Below are positions 21,966-32,454 of a stretch of 64,000 nt of DNA, one piece after another. The stretch spans positions 20,197-84,196 of the forward strand of contig JAOJBP010000005.1 of assembly GCA_028228555.1 (NCBI GenBank). Direction: 5' to 3'. The notes under the pieces were generated by a model that saw only the letters and a program-made list of their open reading frames with translations, had not been told where the DNA came from and ran no database searches. Positions within the stretch are counted from its first letter, which is position 1. Each line of letters starts with the position of its first letter. Position numbers and translations under genes: made by a program. This stretch comes from Candidatus Thioglobus sp. (GTDB lineage: Bacteria > Pseudomonadota > Gammaproteobacteria > PS1 > Pseudothioglobaceae).

Positions 21966-22481
21966 ATGCAAACAGCTTATTTTGCCGGCGGATGTTTTTG
22001 GTGTGTTGAAGCCGTCTTTCAACGAATTCAAGGTGTGTTAAGTGTTGAGTCTGGATATTGTAACGGCTTAACCCAAAACCCAACCTATGCAGATATATGT
22101 ACTGGGTCATCGGGACATGCTGAAGTGGTCAAAATTAATTTTGATGAATCTCGAGTAAACTTTGAGCAATTACTTGTTGTCTTTTTTGCAACGCACAACG
22201 CGACTACACTAAATCAACAGGGTAATGACAGAGGTACGCAATATCGCTCTGGCGTTTTCTACACTAATGATGCACACAAAAATCTAGCCAATGCTTACAT
22301 CCAAACCCTGGGTGATAATATTGTGACTGAAGTCAGTGCGCTGGATGTATTTTATCCAGCAGAAGCATATCATCAAAACTACTTTAATAACAACTCTAAT
22401 CAGCCTTATTGCCAATTATTAATTGCACCAAAGCTTGACAAATACTTTAATCAAAATACGAAAGAAGATAATAATGAATGA
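21966..22481 (+). CDS. msrA: Peptide methionine sulfoxide reductase MsrA
   Basis: GGCFWCVE, GHAEVV and AEAYHQNY motifs. Confidence 0.96.
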   Translation: MQTAYFAGGCFWCVEAVFQRIQGVLSVESGYCNGLTQNPTYADICTGSSGHAEVVKINFDESRVNFEQLLVVFFATHNATTLNQQGNDRGTQYRSGVFYTNDAHKNLANAYIQTLGDNIVTEVSALDVFYPAEAYHQNYFNNNSNQPYCQLLIAPKLDKYFNQNTKEDNNE

Positions 22482-23217
22482 CCAGGAGCTGCTTAGGTAT
22501 TCTCGTCAAATTATGCTGCCACAGGTTGGCATTGAAGGTCAGCAGTGTTTGTTAGATTCTACCATGTTGTTAATCGGCTTAGGTGGGTTGGGCTCGCCAA
22601 GCGCTCTTTATTTGGCAGCAGCAGGTGTGGGGCATATCATTATTGCAGATTTTGACAAGGTTGAATTGTCAAATCTTCAGCGCCAAGTTGTTCACCATAC
22701 TCAAGATATCGACGAATACAAAGTAGACTCCGCACAAAATAAAATGCTGGCCATTAATCCGAATATTAAAGTAACCACACTTAAAGATCTGAGCGAAGAC
22801 AACCTTAAGACTTGGGTGAGCAAAGCAGATGTCGTCTTAGATGGTACGGATAATTTCGAGACACGTTTTAAGATAAACGCAGCTTGTGTGCAAGAGAAAG
22901 TAGCCTTAGTATCTGCTGCTGTTGTTCGCTTTGAAGGTCAGTTGTCAGTATTTAAAGGCCATGAGTCAGACCAGCCGTGTTATCAGTGCTTATATCCTAA
23001 GGAGGGTGAGAATAATGAAAATTGCTCAGAAAATGGCATCCTTGCACCAGTTGCAGGTGTTATGGGGACATTGCAAGCACTACAAGCTATTAAGGTTGTT
23101 TTAAATCTAGGTGATCAGCTGATTGGAAAGCTGATGATAATGGATGCTCTAAATCTTGATTTTAGAACGGTTAAGATTAGCAAAGATACTCATTGCTCAG
23201 TTTGTAACGCTTTATAA
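22474..23217 (+). CDS. moeB: MoeB/ThiF family adenylyltransferase
   Basis: RYSRQI, GLGGLG, SNLQRQ, CYQC and C-terminal CSVC; start set at ATG 22474 overlapping the msrA stop. Confidence 0.88.
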   Translation: MNDQELLRYSRQIMLPQVGIEGQQCLLDSTMLLIGLGGLGSPSALYLAAAGVGHIIIADFDKVELSNLQRQVVHHTQDIDEYKVDSAQNKMLAINPNIKVTTLKDLSEDNLKTWVSKADVVLDGTDNFETRFKINAACVQEKVALVSAAVVRFEGQLSVFKGHESDQPCYQCLYPKEGENNENCSENGILAPVAGVMGTLQALQAIKVVLNLGDQLIGKLMIMDALNLDFRTVKISKDTHCSVCNAL

Positions 23218-23278
23218 ATATTGCTAATTATTAAGATGATATTTAAATCTATTTAATAAGATAATTTTTTGATAAAAA

Positions 23279-23308
23279 TTGAACTATTGACATCCATCAC
23301 TGTATAAT
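23279..23308 (+). promoter_or_regulatory. Probable sigma70 promoter of the 60-aa gene
   Basis: TTGAAC, 18 nt spacer, TATAAT (23303-23308). Confidence 0.5.
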
Positions 23309-23396
23309 AATATTAGATTATAAATTTTATTGATTAAAGTATTTTTTAGCTGTAGTTTCTTACAGTGGATGCTTTAAGTTTTTTTAGGAGTAGAAT

Positions 23397-23579
23397 ATGA
23401 GCGGACAAATGCAAAGACCTGCAGTTCCTACAGGTGTAGTTGGTAAAGAAGGTTTCAGAGTTACAACAACTCAAAAAACTGTAGATGGTAAAGTACCTGC
23501 AGGTTTTCACGTTGGTTACACAACTGAATGGGATTCAGTACAAACAGAAGTGCCATACCAAACACCTAAGAAGCCATAA
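23397..23579 (+). CDS. Stand-alone small hypothetical protein (60 aa)
   Basis: SD TAGGAG, own promoter and terminator, codon choice like hupB (GGT/GTA/GTT/ACA/TAC/TTC). Confidence 0.85.
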   Translation: MSGQMQRPAVPTGVVGKEGFRVTTTQKTVDGKVPAGFHVGYTTEWDSVQTEVPYQTPKKP

Positions 23580-23601
23580 TTTATAACTAAATTATTGGAA
23601 T

Positions 23602-23642
23602 AAAAAAAGCCGCAAACTGAGCAATTAGTTTGCGGCTTTTTT
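23602..23642 (+). terminator. Intrinsic terminator after the 60-aa gene
   Basis: AAAAAAAGCCGCAAACT-GAGCAATT-AGTTTGCGGCTTTTTT. Confidence 0.9.
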
Positions 23643-23927
23643 ATGTTTAGTCACTTTTGGCTTTCAATTCTTAAAATTTCCTAAATTTTTTATCAAATTG
23701 TCATTAAGTGGATATTTTTAACTATAAAACAGCGTTTAATACTTATAAATGGCAATTTATAAGTATTTTTTAGCCAAAACTAAGCTTTAAAGTTGCATAT
23801 TTTGATTGATTTTCATAATTCCCTTATTTTTACAACATAGGCAATTACTTTTATCGTTATATTTATAATTATGAGTTAAAATTATTAAATTAAAAACCAA
23901 AAAAAATATTAAAAAAAGGAGAGGCCT

Positions 23928-25184
23928 ATGTTCAATAAATCCCAAACTTTAGCCGTTGTTGATTCTGAGATTTATGATGCAGTGATTGCAGAGACAGCTC
24001 GTCAAGAAGCGCACATTGAGCTCATTGCCAGTGAAAACTACACATCACCTGCAGTGATGGAAGTACAAGGCTCGCAGTTGACCAATAAGTATGCTGAAGG
24101 TTATCCTGGAAAGCGTTACTATGGTGGTTGTGAGCATGTGGATGTGGCTGAACAATTAGCTATTGATCGTGCTAAAGCTTTATTTAATGCAGACTATGCT
24201 AACGTTCAGCCTCACTCAGGCTCGCAAGCGAATGCAGCTGTTTTCCAGGCGCTATTAGTACCGGGCGATACTATCTTAGGTATGAGCCTTGCAGATGGCG
24301 GGCACTTAACTCACGGCGCAAAACCTTCTTTTTCTGGCAAAAATTTTAATGCTATCCAATATGGCTTAGTTGACGAGACAGGCGAGATTGACTATGACCA
24401 AGTTGAAGCTTTAGCACAAGAGCATAAGCCAAAAATGGTTATCGCAGGTTTTTCTGCTTATTCACGTGTAGTTGATTGGCAGCGTTTTAGAGACATTGCT
24501 GATTCGATCGGTGCTTATTTACTAGTCGATATGGCGCATGTTGCAGGTTTGGTTGCAGCGGGTGAATATCCGTCTCCAGTAGGTATTGCAGATGTAACCA
24601 CCACTACAACGCATAAAACACTTCGAGGCCCTCGTGGTGGCTTGATTCTTGCTAAGTCTAATCTTGACATTGAGAAAAAATTAAATTCAGCAATTTTTCC
24701 AGGTATTCAGGGCGGACCTTTGATGCACGTTATTGCTGCTAAAGCAGTGTGTTTTAAAGAAGCAATGAGCGATGAATATAAAATCTATCAAAAGCAAGTT
24801 AAGATTAATGCACAAGCAATGGCGAATGCATTTATTGAGCGAGGATATGATGTTGTTTCTGGCGGTACAGATGACCATTTATTTTTAGTCAGTTTTATCG
24901 ATCAAGGTTTAACCGGTAAGGCAGTTGATGCAGCATTAGGCAGTGCACATATTACAGTGAATATGAATGCCGTACCAAACGACCCTCAGTCTCCATTTGT
25001 GACTAGTGGTATTCGCGTTGGTACACCGGCAGTTACTACTCGTGGATTTGGCGAGCAAGAGTGCCGTGATCTTGCAGGTTGGATATGTGATATTTGTGAC
25101 GATCTTGGCAATGAATCAGTGATTGATGAAGTTAAAGTAAAGGTTGCTGAAGTTTGCGCTAAGCATCCGGTTTACTCTTTTTAG
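23928..25184 (+). CDS. glyA: Serine hydroxymethyltransferase
   Basis: [22 protein letters not shown] and [14 protein letters not shown] motifs. Confidence 0.98.
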   Translation: MFNKSQTLAVVDSEIYDAVIAETARQEAHIELIASENYTSPAVMEVQGSQLTNKYAEGYPGKRYYGGCEHVDVAEQLAIDRAKALFNADYANVQPHSGSQANAAVFQALLVPGDTILGMSLADGGHLTHGAKPSFSGKNFNAIQYGLVDETGEIDYDQVEALAQEHKPKMVIAGFSAYSRVVDWQRFRDIADSIGAYLLVDMAHVAGLVAAGEYPSPVGIADVTTTTTHKTLRGPRGGLILAKSNLDIEKKLNSAIFPGIQGGPLMHVIAAKAVCFKEAMSDEYKIYQKQVKINAQAMANAFIERGYDVVSGGTDDHLFLVSFIDQGLTGKAVDAALGSAHITVNMNAVPNDPQSPFVTSGIRVGTPAVTTRGFGEQECRDLAGWICDICDDLGNESVIDEVKVKVAEVCAKHPVYSF

Positions 25185-25226
25185 TATCCACTTGATGGGT
25201 GCAAATAACTAGCATTAAGGGGGAGA

Positions 25227-25679
25227 ATGCGCTGTCCATTTTGTCAGTCTGACGATACCAAAGTATTAGATACACGTTTAATTGATGACGGCTCGCAAGT
25301 TCGTCGACGTCGTGAGTGCACGTCTTGTAGTGAGCGCTATTCAACCCGTGAAACGGTAGATCTTAACCTTCCAAGGTTGATTAAAAGTGACGAATCTAGA
25401 GAATCTTTTAGTGAGGGAAAGCTGCGTTCTGGCTTGTTAAAAGCGCTAGAAAAACGCCCTGTTAAAACCTCACAAATTGAAACTTCAATTCAGCGCATTG
25501 GGCACAAACTCATGACTCAAGCTGAGCGCGAAGTGCCTTCTAAAAAAATTGGTGAATGGGTTATGCAAGAGCTTAAAGAGCTTGACGAGGTGGCTTATAT
25601 TCGTTTTGCTTCGGTTTATCGACAATTTCAAGATATTGAAGCTTTTAAAAATGAGATTGATAAACTCATGAATAAATAG
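25227..25679 (+). CDS. nrdR: Transcriptional repressor NrdR
   Basis: MRCPFC...RRRRECTSC zinc ribbon, ATP cone, [10 protein letters not shown]. Confidence 0.97.
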   Translation: MRCPFCQSDDTKVLDTRLIDDGSQVRRRRECTSCSERYSTRETVDLNLPRLIKSDESRESFSEGKLRSGLLKALEKRPVKTSQIETSIQRIGHKLMTQAEREVPSKKIGEWVMQELKELDEVAYIRFASVYRQFQDIEAFKNEIDKLMNK

Positions 25680-25692
25680 CGATAGTATAAAA

Positions 25693-27054
25693 ATGGCAAA
25701 AACAAAAATTGAATTCGTTTGTCGGGAATGTGGCGCTTCTCACCATCAATGGGCTGGCCAATGTCTTGATTGTAAAGCTTGGAATTCTTTAGAAGAAGTT
25801 GTTTTGTCTCAAGCGACTTCTTCGAAACCTGAAAGTTTAAAAGATCTTCCACCTTCTAAAGTTCAAAATTTATCAGCTATTAAATCTGAAAATAGGACTA
25901 GGCTCAGCTCTGGACTTAGTGAGCTTGATCGGACTTTGGGCGGTGGCTTAGTAGATGGCTCTGTGGTGTTAATCGGTGGTGATCCCGGTATTGGAAAATC
26001 CACATTAATTTTGCAAGTGATGGCGGCTATTAACAAAACTGACACCACTTTGTATGTCAGTGGTGAAGAGTCAGCTGAGCAAATTGGTGATCGAGCAATT
26101 CGCTTAAGCATTAAAGAAGATATCTTACTTTTGAGTGAAACTCATTTAGAAAAAATTATTAAGCTGGCTAAAGAGGTTCGACCTAAGGTTATTGTGATTG
26201 ATTCAATCCAAACCATGGTCACTGACGGTTCATCTTCTGCACCAGGTTCAGTTACGCAAGTGCGTGATTGTGCAGCGCAACTGACCCAATATGCCAAACA
26301 AACCAACACAATATTACTAATGATTGGTCATGTAACCAAAGGCGGCGCTTTAGCGGGCCCCAGAATACTTGAACATATGGTAGATACAGTGCTTTATTTT
26401 GAGGGCGATGCAGGCGGGCGCTATCGTATTATTCGCGCGGTAAAAAATCGCTTTGGTGCTGTTAATGAAATTAGTGTTTTCGCAATGGGTGAAACAGGCT
26501 TAAAACAAGTTGAAAATCCGTCGGCTATCTTCTTGTCTAATCAGGCTAAGCCATCACCAGGGTCTATGGTAATGGTAACGCGAGAGGCAACTCGCCCGCT
26601 AATGATCGAAATACAAGCTTTAGTTGATCAAGCAAGTGGCAATCCCAAGCGTGTTTGTGTAGGATTGGAGCAAAATCGTCTAGCTTTGCAGCTTGCTGTG
26701 TTACATAAACATGGTGGCGTTGCCACTCATGATCAAGATGTATTTGTAAATGTAGTTGGCGGCATTAAAGTGAATGAAACTGCCTCTGATTTGGTAGTGA
26801 TGCTGGCGATTATGTCGAGTCTTAGGGATAAGGTAATCCCTAATGATTGGATTGCTTTTGGTGAAGTAGGCTTAACAGGAGAGATTCGTCCTGTTTATAA
26901 TGCGATTGAGCGTCTATCAGAGGCTCAAAAACACGGTTTCAAGGTGGCTATCATACCAAAGGGTAATTTACCTAAAAAAGCCCCTAAAGGCTTAAAAATA
27001 GTCCCCGTGGAATATTTATACCAAGCTTTGCAATACATGAGCGAGAACACCTAA
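25693..27054 (+). CDS. radA: DNA repair protein RadA/Sms
   Basis: C4 zinc finger, GDPGIGKST, KNRFG, Lon-like C terminus. Confidence 0.97.
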   Translation: MAKTKIEFVCRECGASHHQWAGQCLDCKAWNSLEEVVLSQATSSKPESLKDLPPSKVQNLSAIKSENRTRLSSGLSELDRTLGGGLVDGSVVLIGGDPGIGKSTLILQVMAAINKTDTTLYVSGEESAEQIGDRAIRLSIKEDILLLSETHLEKIIKLAKEVRPKVIVIDSIQTMVTDGSSSAPGSVTQVRDCAAQLTQYAKQTNTILLMIGHVTKGGALAGPRILEHMVDTVLYFEGDAGGRYRIIRAVKNRFGAVNEISVFAMGETGLKQVENPSAIFLSNQAKPSPGSMVMVTREATRPLMIEIQALVDQASGNPKRVCVGLEQNRLALQLAVLHKHGGVATHDQDVFVNVVGGIKVNETASDLVVMLAIMSSLRDKVIPNDWIAFGEVGLTGEIRPVYNAIERLSEAQKHGFKVAIIPKGNLPKKAPKGLKIVPVEYLYQALQYMSENT

Positions 27055-27074
27055 TTTTTAAGAGTAATTCTAAG

Positions 27075-29639
27075 TCAAGACTGATCATCACGTAAATTTT
27101 TTAAAGGTTTAATTCTAGATACATAGCCACCAACCAGCCAAGCCATCATCATAATTAAGATGGTAGCCAAGAGCAAAACAATTGTTAGTGCATCGAAATG
27201 AACTTCAAAAATTCGTTCAAATGTTAAGTATGAAAAGGCAAACGAAACTACAATGCTTAACATTACTCCAATAAATACCGCAATAATTGCAGGTAAAGAA
27301 AACTCAATTAGCACAAGTTTTTGTAAAGATGATGAAGACATTCCAAGAGTTTTTAGTAGCGACAACTCTGTTTTTTTCTCATAAGCACGCATAATAGAAA
27401 TTGAAAAAACCACCATCATTCCAGACAGGAAGGTAATAGTTGCTAAAAATAGAATTAACTCTAAAGCTTTTGCACCAATACTTAAAGTAGAGTCAATTAA
27501 TTTTTGAATGTCAATTGCTGAAATATTTGGATACATTTCTATTAATTCTTTTCTAAACTGAAACTTGTTTTCACCTTTAATATTAGGAATATTGGCAATA
27601 TAGGTTTTTGGTGCCAATATCAATGCTTGAGTTTGAAATAACACAAAAAAATTAGGCTGAAAACTATTCCATTTAACGCTGCGTAAATTTTGAATGACAC
27701 CTTTTAGGGAAACACCCTGAATATCAAAAACTAAACGGTCACCAATTTTTAGACCATTACGTTTAGCAAATTTTTCTTCAATTGAAACTTGAAAAGGAGC
27801 TTCAGGGGAGTATTCATCAAAGGACTCACCTGTAACAATTTTTTCAGAAGGGAGTAGCTTTTGACGGTAACTAAGATTAAACGCTCTTAGGAGTCCTTGT
27901 TTTTTTTGTTCATGGTTTACATAGCGTCGTCCAACAGGCTCATCATTAACATGAGTTAACCGACCACGAACTAATGGTGAAACATAATCTAGCTTTAATC
28001 CATATTCAATAATTAGTTTCTCCAAACCTTCAAGTTGTTCCTCTTGAATATCGATGAGAAAATAATTAGGTAATAATGCACCTTTTGGTTGCTTAATTTC
28101 ATTACTGATACCCATAGAAATTTGTGGGATCATCGAAATCAGGAACACACCTAAAGCTATTGCTGTAGCAGATGAAATAGTCGCATTTCTATGTCGTGCA
28201 ATTTGCCGTAATGCCATTTTATAAGTGCCTTTGTGTCTTTTGCTAAGCCACATTGAAAAATGACAAATAAGTGAAACGCAGCCAATTAAAATTAATAGAA
28301 CAAAGCAAAATACCAGTATAAAAAAACTACCTTGCATCCAATTCGTTAAGTAGGTTGCCACTAACCAAAAAAAGGTTAACCCAGGCAGATAAAAAATCCA
28401 CTGCTTTTTACTTTGACCAACCACTGGAACACCTTCGCTTTTGAGCAGAATAATGGGCTTAATATTCCTAACTTGTAGCCAGGTAGGTAAAGAAAATAAT
28501 ATGGCTGAAAAAATAGCGATTAAAAGTCCAGCTAATGCGGTTGTAAAATCGAATAAGACAAATTTAAAATCTCCAATAAAATCCGAAAAGTAAATACTAA
28601 AGATATAACTTAATAATCCACCAAAGAACACAGCCAATATCCCAGCAACCGATGCTAATAACAATAATTGTATTAGCATAATAATGTTAGATTGCTTGCT
28701 AGACAAGCCTAAGCAAGCTGCGATGGCTGAGCTTTTAAGGCGTTTTAAAGCATAATTTCTAAATAAAAAAGCCGTGCCAATGCCAGATAAAAACAAAGCA
28801 ACTAAGGAAACTAAATTTAAAAAACCAGCAATATATTCTAATAATACATCTAATCGCTCACTGGCATCTTTTAAACTGCGTACGCGTAGATCGCCAGCAT
28901 TTGGATAATACTGATAGATTAACGCAATGAGCTCTTGCTTTAAGTTGTCGATTGATTGAACGTTTTGCAACTTGATGTTAATACTAGAAGATGCCCGACT
29001 TCCCAGCATTAATAAACCAGTATCTTTAATATATTGGCGATGGATATATACAGTAGGAACAAAAGCACTAAAGGCGCTCCCCATTTGAGGTAAGCGACTA
29101 ATTGTTTGATTAATTGTAAATGAAGTGTTTCCAATTTTGAGCTTATCACCAACTTTAACCTGTAATAATTGCATGCTCTCTTTGTCAAGCCAAACCCCTT
29201 GCTGTTTCAATAAGCTATCACTAATAGATGCACTATTAACTTCACCATTTTGAATGGCAAAATCACTATATAAGTTAAATTTTTTATCAATACCCCGAAC
29301 ATTAAACAAGACTGTTTGTTTAGTGCTGTTAACCATAGAGAAAAGACTAGTGGTTTGCGTTATTTCAAAATTAGAGTTATTTTTAGATAAGAGGTCTTCT
29401 ACTTTTTTTAAAAGATCTTGCGGTAATGATTGGCGGCTGGAAATTTGCAAATCGCCATTAAGAATTTTTTTTAAATTATGATTAAAGTACTTATCAACAC
29501 CTACACCAATATTTCCAATAAAAACAAAGCCTACTAGCCCAAGCCAAAGGTTAACGGCAAAAAAAATCGAAAAAAATCGATTATTGAATAATTCTTTAAG
29601 AGCGTAGCGACTTAAAAAAGAAAGACGGTTAAACGTCAT
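27075..29639 (-). CDS. ABC transporter permease (FtsX/YbbP-like, duplicated architecture)
   Basis: 854 aa with two periplasmic plus TM halves; PNYFLIDIQ and WNSFQPNFF motifs; coupled to ABC ATPase. Confidence 0.85.
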   Translation of the reverse strand: MTFNRLSFLSRYALKELFNNRFFSIFFAVNLWLGLVGFVFIGNIGVGVDKYFNHNLKKILNGDLQISSRQSLPQDLLKKVEDLLSKNNSNFEITQTTSLFSMVNSTKQTVLFNVRGIDKKFNLYSDFAIQNGEVNSASISDSLLKQQGVWLDKESMQLLQVKVGDKLKIGNTSFTINQTISRLPQMGSAFSAFVPTVYIHRQYIKDTGLLMLGSRASSSINIKLQNVQSIDNLKQELIALIYQYYPNAGDLRVRSLKDASERLDVLLEYIAGFLNLVSLVALFLSGIGTAFLFRNYALKRLKSSAIAACLGLSSKQSNIIMLIQLLLLASVAGILAVFFGGLLSYIFSIYFSDFIGDFKFVLFDFTTALAGLLIAIFSAILFSLPTWLQVRNIKPIILLKSEGVPVVGQSKKQWIFYLPGLTFFWLVATYLTNWMQGSFFILVFCFVLLILIGCVSLICHFSMWLSKRHKGTYKMALRQIARHRNATISSATAIALGVFLISMIPQISMGISNEIKQPKGALLPNYFLIDIQEEQLEGLEKLIIEYGLKLDYVSPLVRGRLTHVNDEPVGRRYVNHEQKKQGLLRAFNLSYRQKLLPSEKIVTGESFDEYSPEAPFQVSIEEKFAKRNGLKIGDRLVFDIQGVSLKGVIQNLRSVKWNSFQPNFFVLFQTQALILAPKTYIANIPNIKGENKFQFRKELIEMYPNISAIDIQKLIDSTLSIGAKALELILFLATITFLSGMMVVFSISIMRAYEKKTELSLLKTLGMSSSSLQKLVLIEFSLPAIIAVFIGVMLSIVVSFAFSYLTFERIFEVHFDALTIVLLLATILIMMMAWLVGGYVSRIKPLKNLRDDQS

Positions 29640-30294
29640 CTAATTGACCATTTGTTAGTTTTAATTCCCTGTCGCAACGATCAGCTAATGCTAAGTCATG
29701 TGTTACAAGAAGTAAGGTTAAGTTTTTTGATTGCACTAAATCAAACAGAAGGTTTGTAATAATTTGCCCCGTTTCTACATCTAAATTACCAGTAGGTTCA
29801 TCTGCAAAAATAACTTTTGGCTCGTTGATTAAAGCTCTAGCAATTGCCACTCGTTGCTTTTCTCCACCGCTCAGTTTATTGGGTAAAGCATCTTGTCGGC
29901 TAGATAAACCTACTAGTTTCAATAGCTCTTTAGCTTTATCATTGGCATCATCTTTTGCAACAATATCAAGTGGTAAGGCGACATTTTCTAATACATTTAA
30001 GTGAGGCAGCAAATAAAAACTTTGAAAAATAAATCCAAGTTTTTGAGAGCGAAATTTTGTCAACTGATTTTCACTCATGCAGGTTATTTCTTCTTTATCA
30101 ATAACAATATTGCCTGAGGTAACATTATCAATCCCTGCTAATAAAGATAACAGTGTTGTTTTGCCACTTCCTGAAGTTCCTGTAATAGCTACTGATTGAC
30201 CTGTTTTAATAGTGAAGTTGACGTTACGCAATACAGGTAAATCATCACCCGATGGTAATTTATAAGTTTTGAGTAACTGGTTAACTGTAATCAT
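29629..30294 (-). CDS. ABC ATP-binding protein (YbbA/LolD-like)
   Basis: Walker A GTSGSGKT, LSGGEKQRVAIARA, ADEPTGNLD. Confidence 0.93.
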   Translation of the reverse strand: MITVNQLLKTYKLPSGDDLPVLRNVNFTIKTGQSVAITGTSGSGKTTLLSLLAGIDNVTSGNIVIDKEEITCMSENQLTKFRSQKLGFIFQSFYLLPHLNVLENVALPLDIVAKDDANDKAKELLKLVGLSSRQDALPNKLSGGEKQRVAIARALINEPKVIFADEPTGNLDVETGQIITNLLFDLVQSKNLTLLLVTHDLALADRCDRELKLTNGQLDDV

Positions 30295-30915
30295 TTAATT
30301 TAGTAATTGTACTTTAAGAAATGGGTAGATATTTTCCGCCATAATACTATGTCCTTTTGCATTAGGATGAATTCCGTCTGCTAAGTTTAAATTGGACTTG
30401 CCCGCAATGTTTTTCAGCAAGAAGGGCAATAGAGAAACCCCTGTTAAATCTGCAACTATTTGATAGCTTTCAAAAAAGTCTTTAGAATACTGCAATCCAT
30501 AATTTGGCGGAATGCGCATACCTAGCAATAGCACTTTTAAATCTTGTGATTTTGCTAAAACAATAGCCTTCTTTAGGTTTTCACGTAAAGCTTTGATAGA
30601 CTGACCACGCAAGCCATCATTCGCTCCTAAGGCCAAAACCAAATGAGTGGGTTTTGTTTGTAAAAGCCATCGCAGTCTAGAAACAGCGCTGGCCGAGGTA
30701 GAGCCACTGACACCTGAATTAATGACCTTAATTGAAAAGCCATTTTCCTGTAATTTTTTTTGCAATAACTGTGGATATGACTGGCCAGGATTTATTCCAA
30801 ATCCTTCAGTTAGGGAGTCTCCTAAAAACAATACTCGATTTTTTACTTCAGCACTTACATAAGTTGGCAAGTGAAATAAAAATAATAGTATGAAGAGGCG
30901 TATAAATGAAATCAT
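30295..30915 (-). CDS. tesA: Arylesterase / acyl-CoA thioesterase I (SGNH family)
   Basis: Signal peptide; GDSLT, LGANDGLRG, PPNYG and DGIHPN motifs. Confidence 0.9.
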   Translation of the reverse strand: MISFIRLFILLFLFHLPTYVSAEVKNRVLFLGDSLTEGFGINPGQSYPQLLQKKLQENGFSIKVINSGVSGSTSASAVSRLRWLLQTKPTHLVLALGANDGLRGQSIKALRENLKKAIVLAKSQDLKVLLLGMRIPPNYGLQYSKDFFESYQIVADLTGVSLLPFLLKNIAGKSNLNLADGIHPNAKGHSIMAENIYPFLKVQLLN

Positions 30916-31121
30916 AAGGGCTAATTTTATTATGTTTTAATACTTTAGATGACTTAAAGTTTGAGCGTGATTTATCTATTAAATATTACTCATAAAATGC
31001 TTGTATTGCGCTCTAATTATGTAAATGAAAACACCTAGTTTAATTGTAAGCATTTGATATTTATTACTAACTTGATCCGTAATATAATCACAAGAGTCAT
31101 TTATTATTAAAGAGAGCAAGA

Positions 31122-32372
31122 ATGGTATTGGAAATTGTATTTGCAGCAGGGTGTTTTTGGGGTGTGGAAAAAAACTTTGAAAAAATCGATGGTGTCACTC
31201 AAGTAGTTTCTGGCTATGCTGGAGGTAATTATGACAATCCGACTTATGATGAAGTATTAAAAAATAAAAATCTGAAAAGTTCAGGTTTTATAAGTTTTTT
31301 AAAAAATATTGGCATCACTGATGATGACGAGTTAGCGCCAGAGCAGGGGCTAATTAATCATACTGAAGTTGTCAAGGTTTCTTACAATTCTGATATTGTT
31401 TCTACAGAAAAATTGATTAATAATTTTTGGGAAATACATGACCCAACTCAAGTCAATGGTCAGGGTAATGATATAGGTGATAATTATCGATCAGCGCTTT
31501 ACTGGACAACAAAAGATCAGGAGGCAATCGCCTTGAGCACTGGGCAAAAATTTCAAAAGCTATTAACTGCTAAAGGTTATGGCAAAATTGTGACAGAAAT
31601 TAAAAAATTAGATAAATTTTGGCCTGCAGAAAATTATCATCAAGATTATCTATTAAAAAATCCAAATGGATACTGCCCTGATCATTCCACTGGTGTGAAA
31701 TTTGATTCATCAGTTAAAGCACAGATCGCTCATGAAGTGATTATGCCGCTGGGTGGTATGGAGATATTAGTCATTGAAGCTGAAGAAAAAGGCTCTTGTT
31801 TGTATTGTTTGCAATTTGAGAAAGAGATTAGTTCTAAATATAAAGGTAATATACCCCTTAGGAGTTCACCTTCATCAGCCCTAAAAGGCTTTGATTTAAA
31901 AACAAAAACCTGGGCGACTCCCACCATTTTTTTTATTAAAGATGGTAAAGAGGTTTGGGCTAAACAAGGTTATATGATGCCTAGTGAATTTTATAAGGCA
32001 TTGGGAGAATTTAAATTAGGCAAAGAATCTGAAGCATTTAATGTAGCTTTTAATGACGGTACAGATGGTAGATTTTGCAAGCAGTATGACATCTTTAAGG
32101 ACACACCTGATGGTGTGTTTATTGATAAATTATCTGGCAGACCTTTATTTGACACCCGTGATCGATTTAATTCAAAAACTGGCTGGCTGTCTTTTACAAA
32201 GCCAGTTAATGGTGAGACATATGAAAAAGCAGATAATAGCTATGGTATGAAGCGCACAGAAATTCGTTCGAAAAGTTCAGACATTCATTTGGGACATGTA
32301 TTTAATGATGGACCTAATGGAAAGCCACGCTACTGCATTAATGCGACTGTCTTGGAATTTGTAGCTAGGTGA
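31122..32372 (+). CDS. MsrA - thioredoxin-like - MsrB fusion
   Basis: N-terminal GCFWG...AENYHQDY (MsrA), central CLYC...ATPTIFF (Trx fold), C-terminal HLGHVFNDGP...RYCIN (MsrB). Confidence 0.88.
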   Translation: MVLEIVFAAGCFWGVEKNFEKIDGVTQVVSGYAGGNYDNPTYDEVLKNKNLKSSGFISFLKNIGITDDDELAPEQGLINHTEVVKVSYNSDIVSTEKLINNFWEIHDPTQVNGQGNDIGDNYRSALYWTTKDQEAIALSTGQKFQKLLTAKGYGKIVTEIKKLDKFWPAENYHQDYLLKNPNGYCPDHSTGVKFDSSVKAQIAHEVIMPLGGMEILVIEAEEKGSCLYCLQFEKEISSKYKGNIPLRSSPSSALKGFDLKTKTWATPTIFFIKDGKEVWAKQGYMMPSEFYKALGEFKLGKESEAFNVAFNDGTDGRFCKQYDIFKDTPDGVFIDKLSGRPLFDTRDRFNSKTGWLSFTKPVNGETYEKADNSYGMKRTEIRSKSSDIHLGHVFNDGPNGKPRYCINATVLEFVAR

Positions 32373-32454
32373 GTCATCTATTTTAATAAAGAACATGAAA
32401 ATATTACCAAGTCTCAAGGTATATTCTGAATATCAAAAATATAAACTATAAAAA

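Noticed and set aside
22474-23579. moeB next to a small ORF as a RiPP or ubiquitin-like sulfur-carrier system
   Set aside because: MoeB looks canonical and is coupled to msrA; the 60-aa protein has its own promoter and no C-terminal GG, Cys or leader/core pattern.
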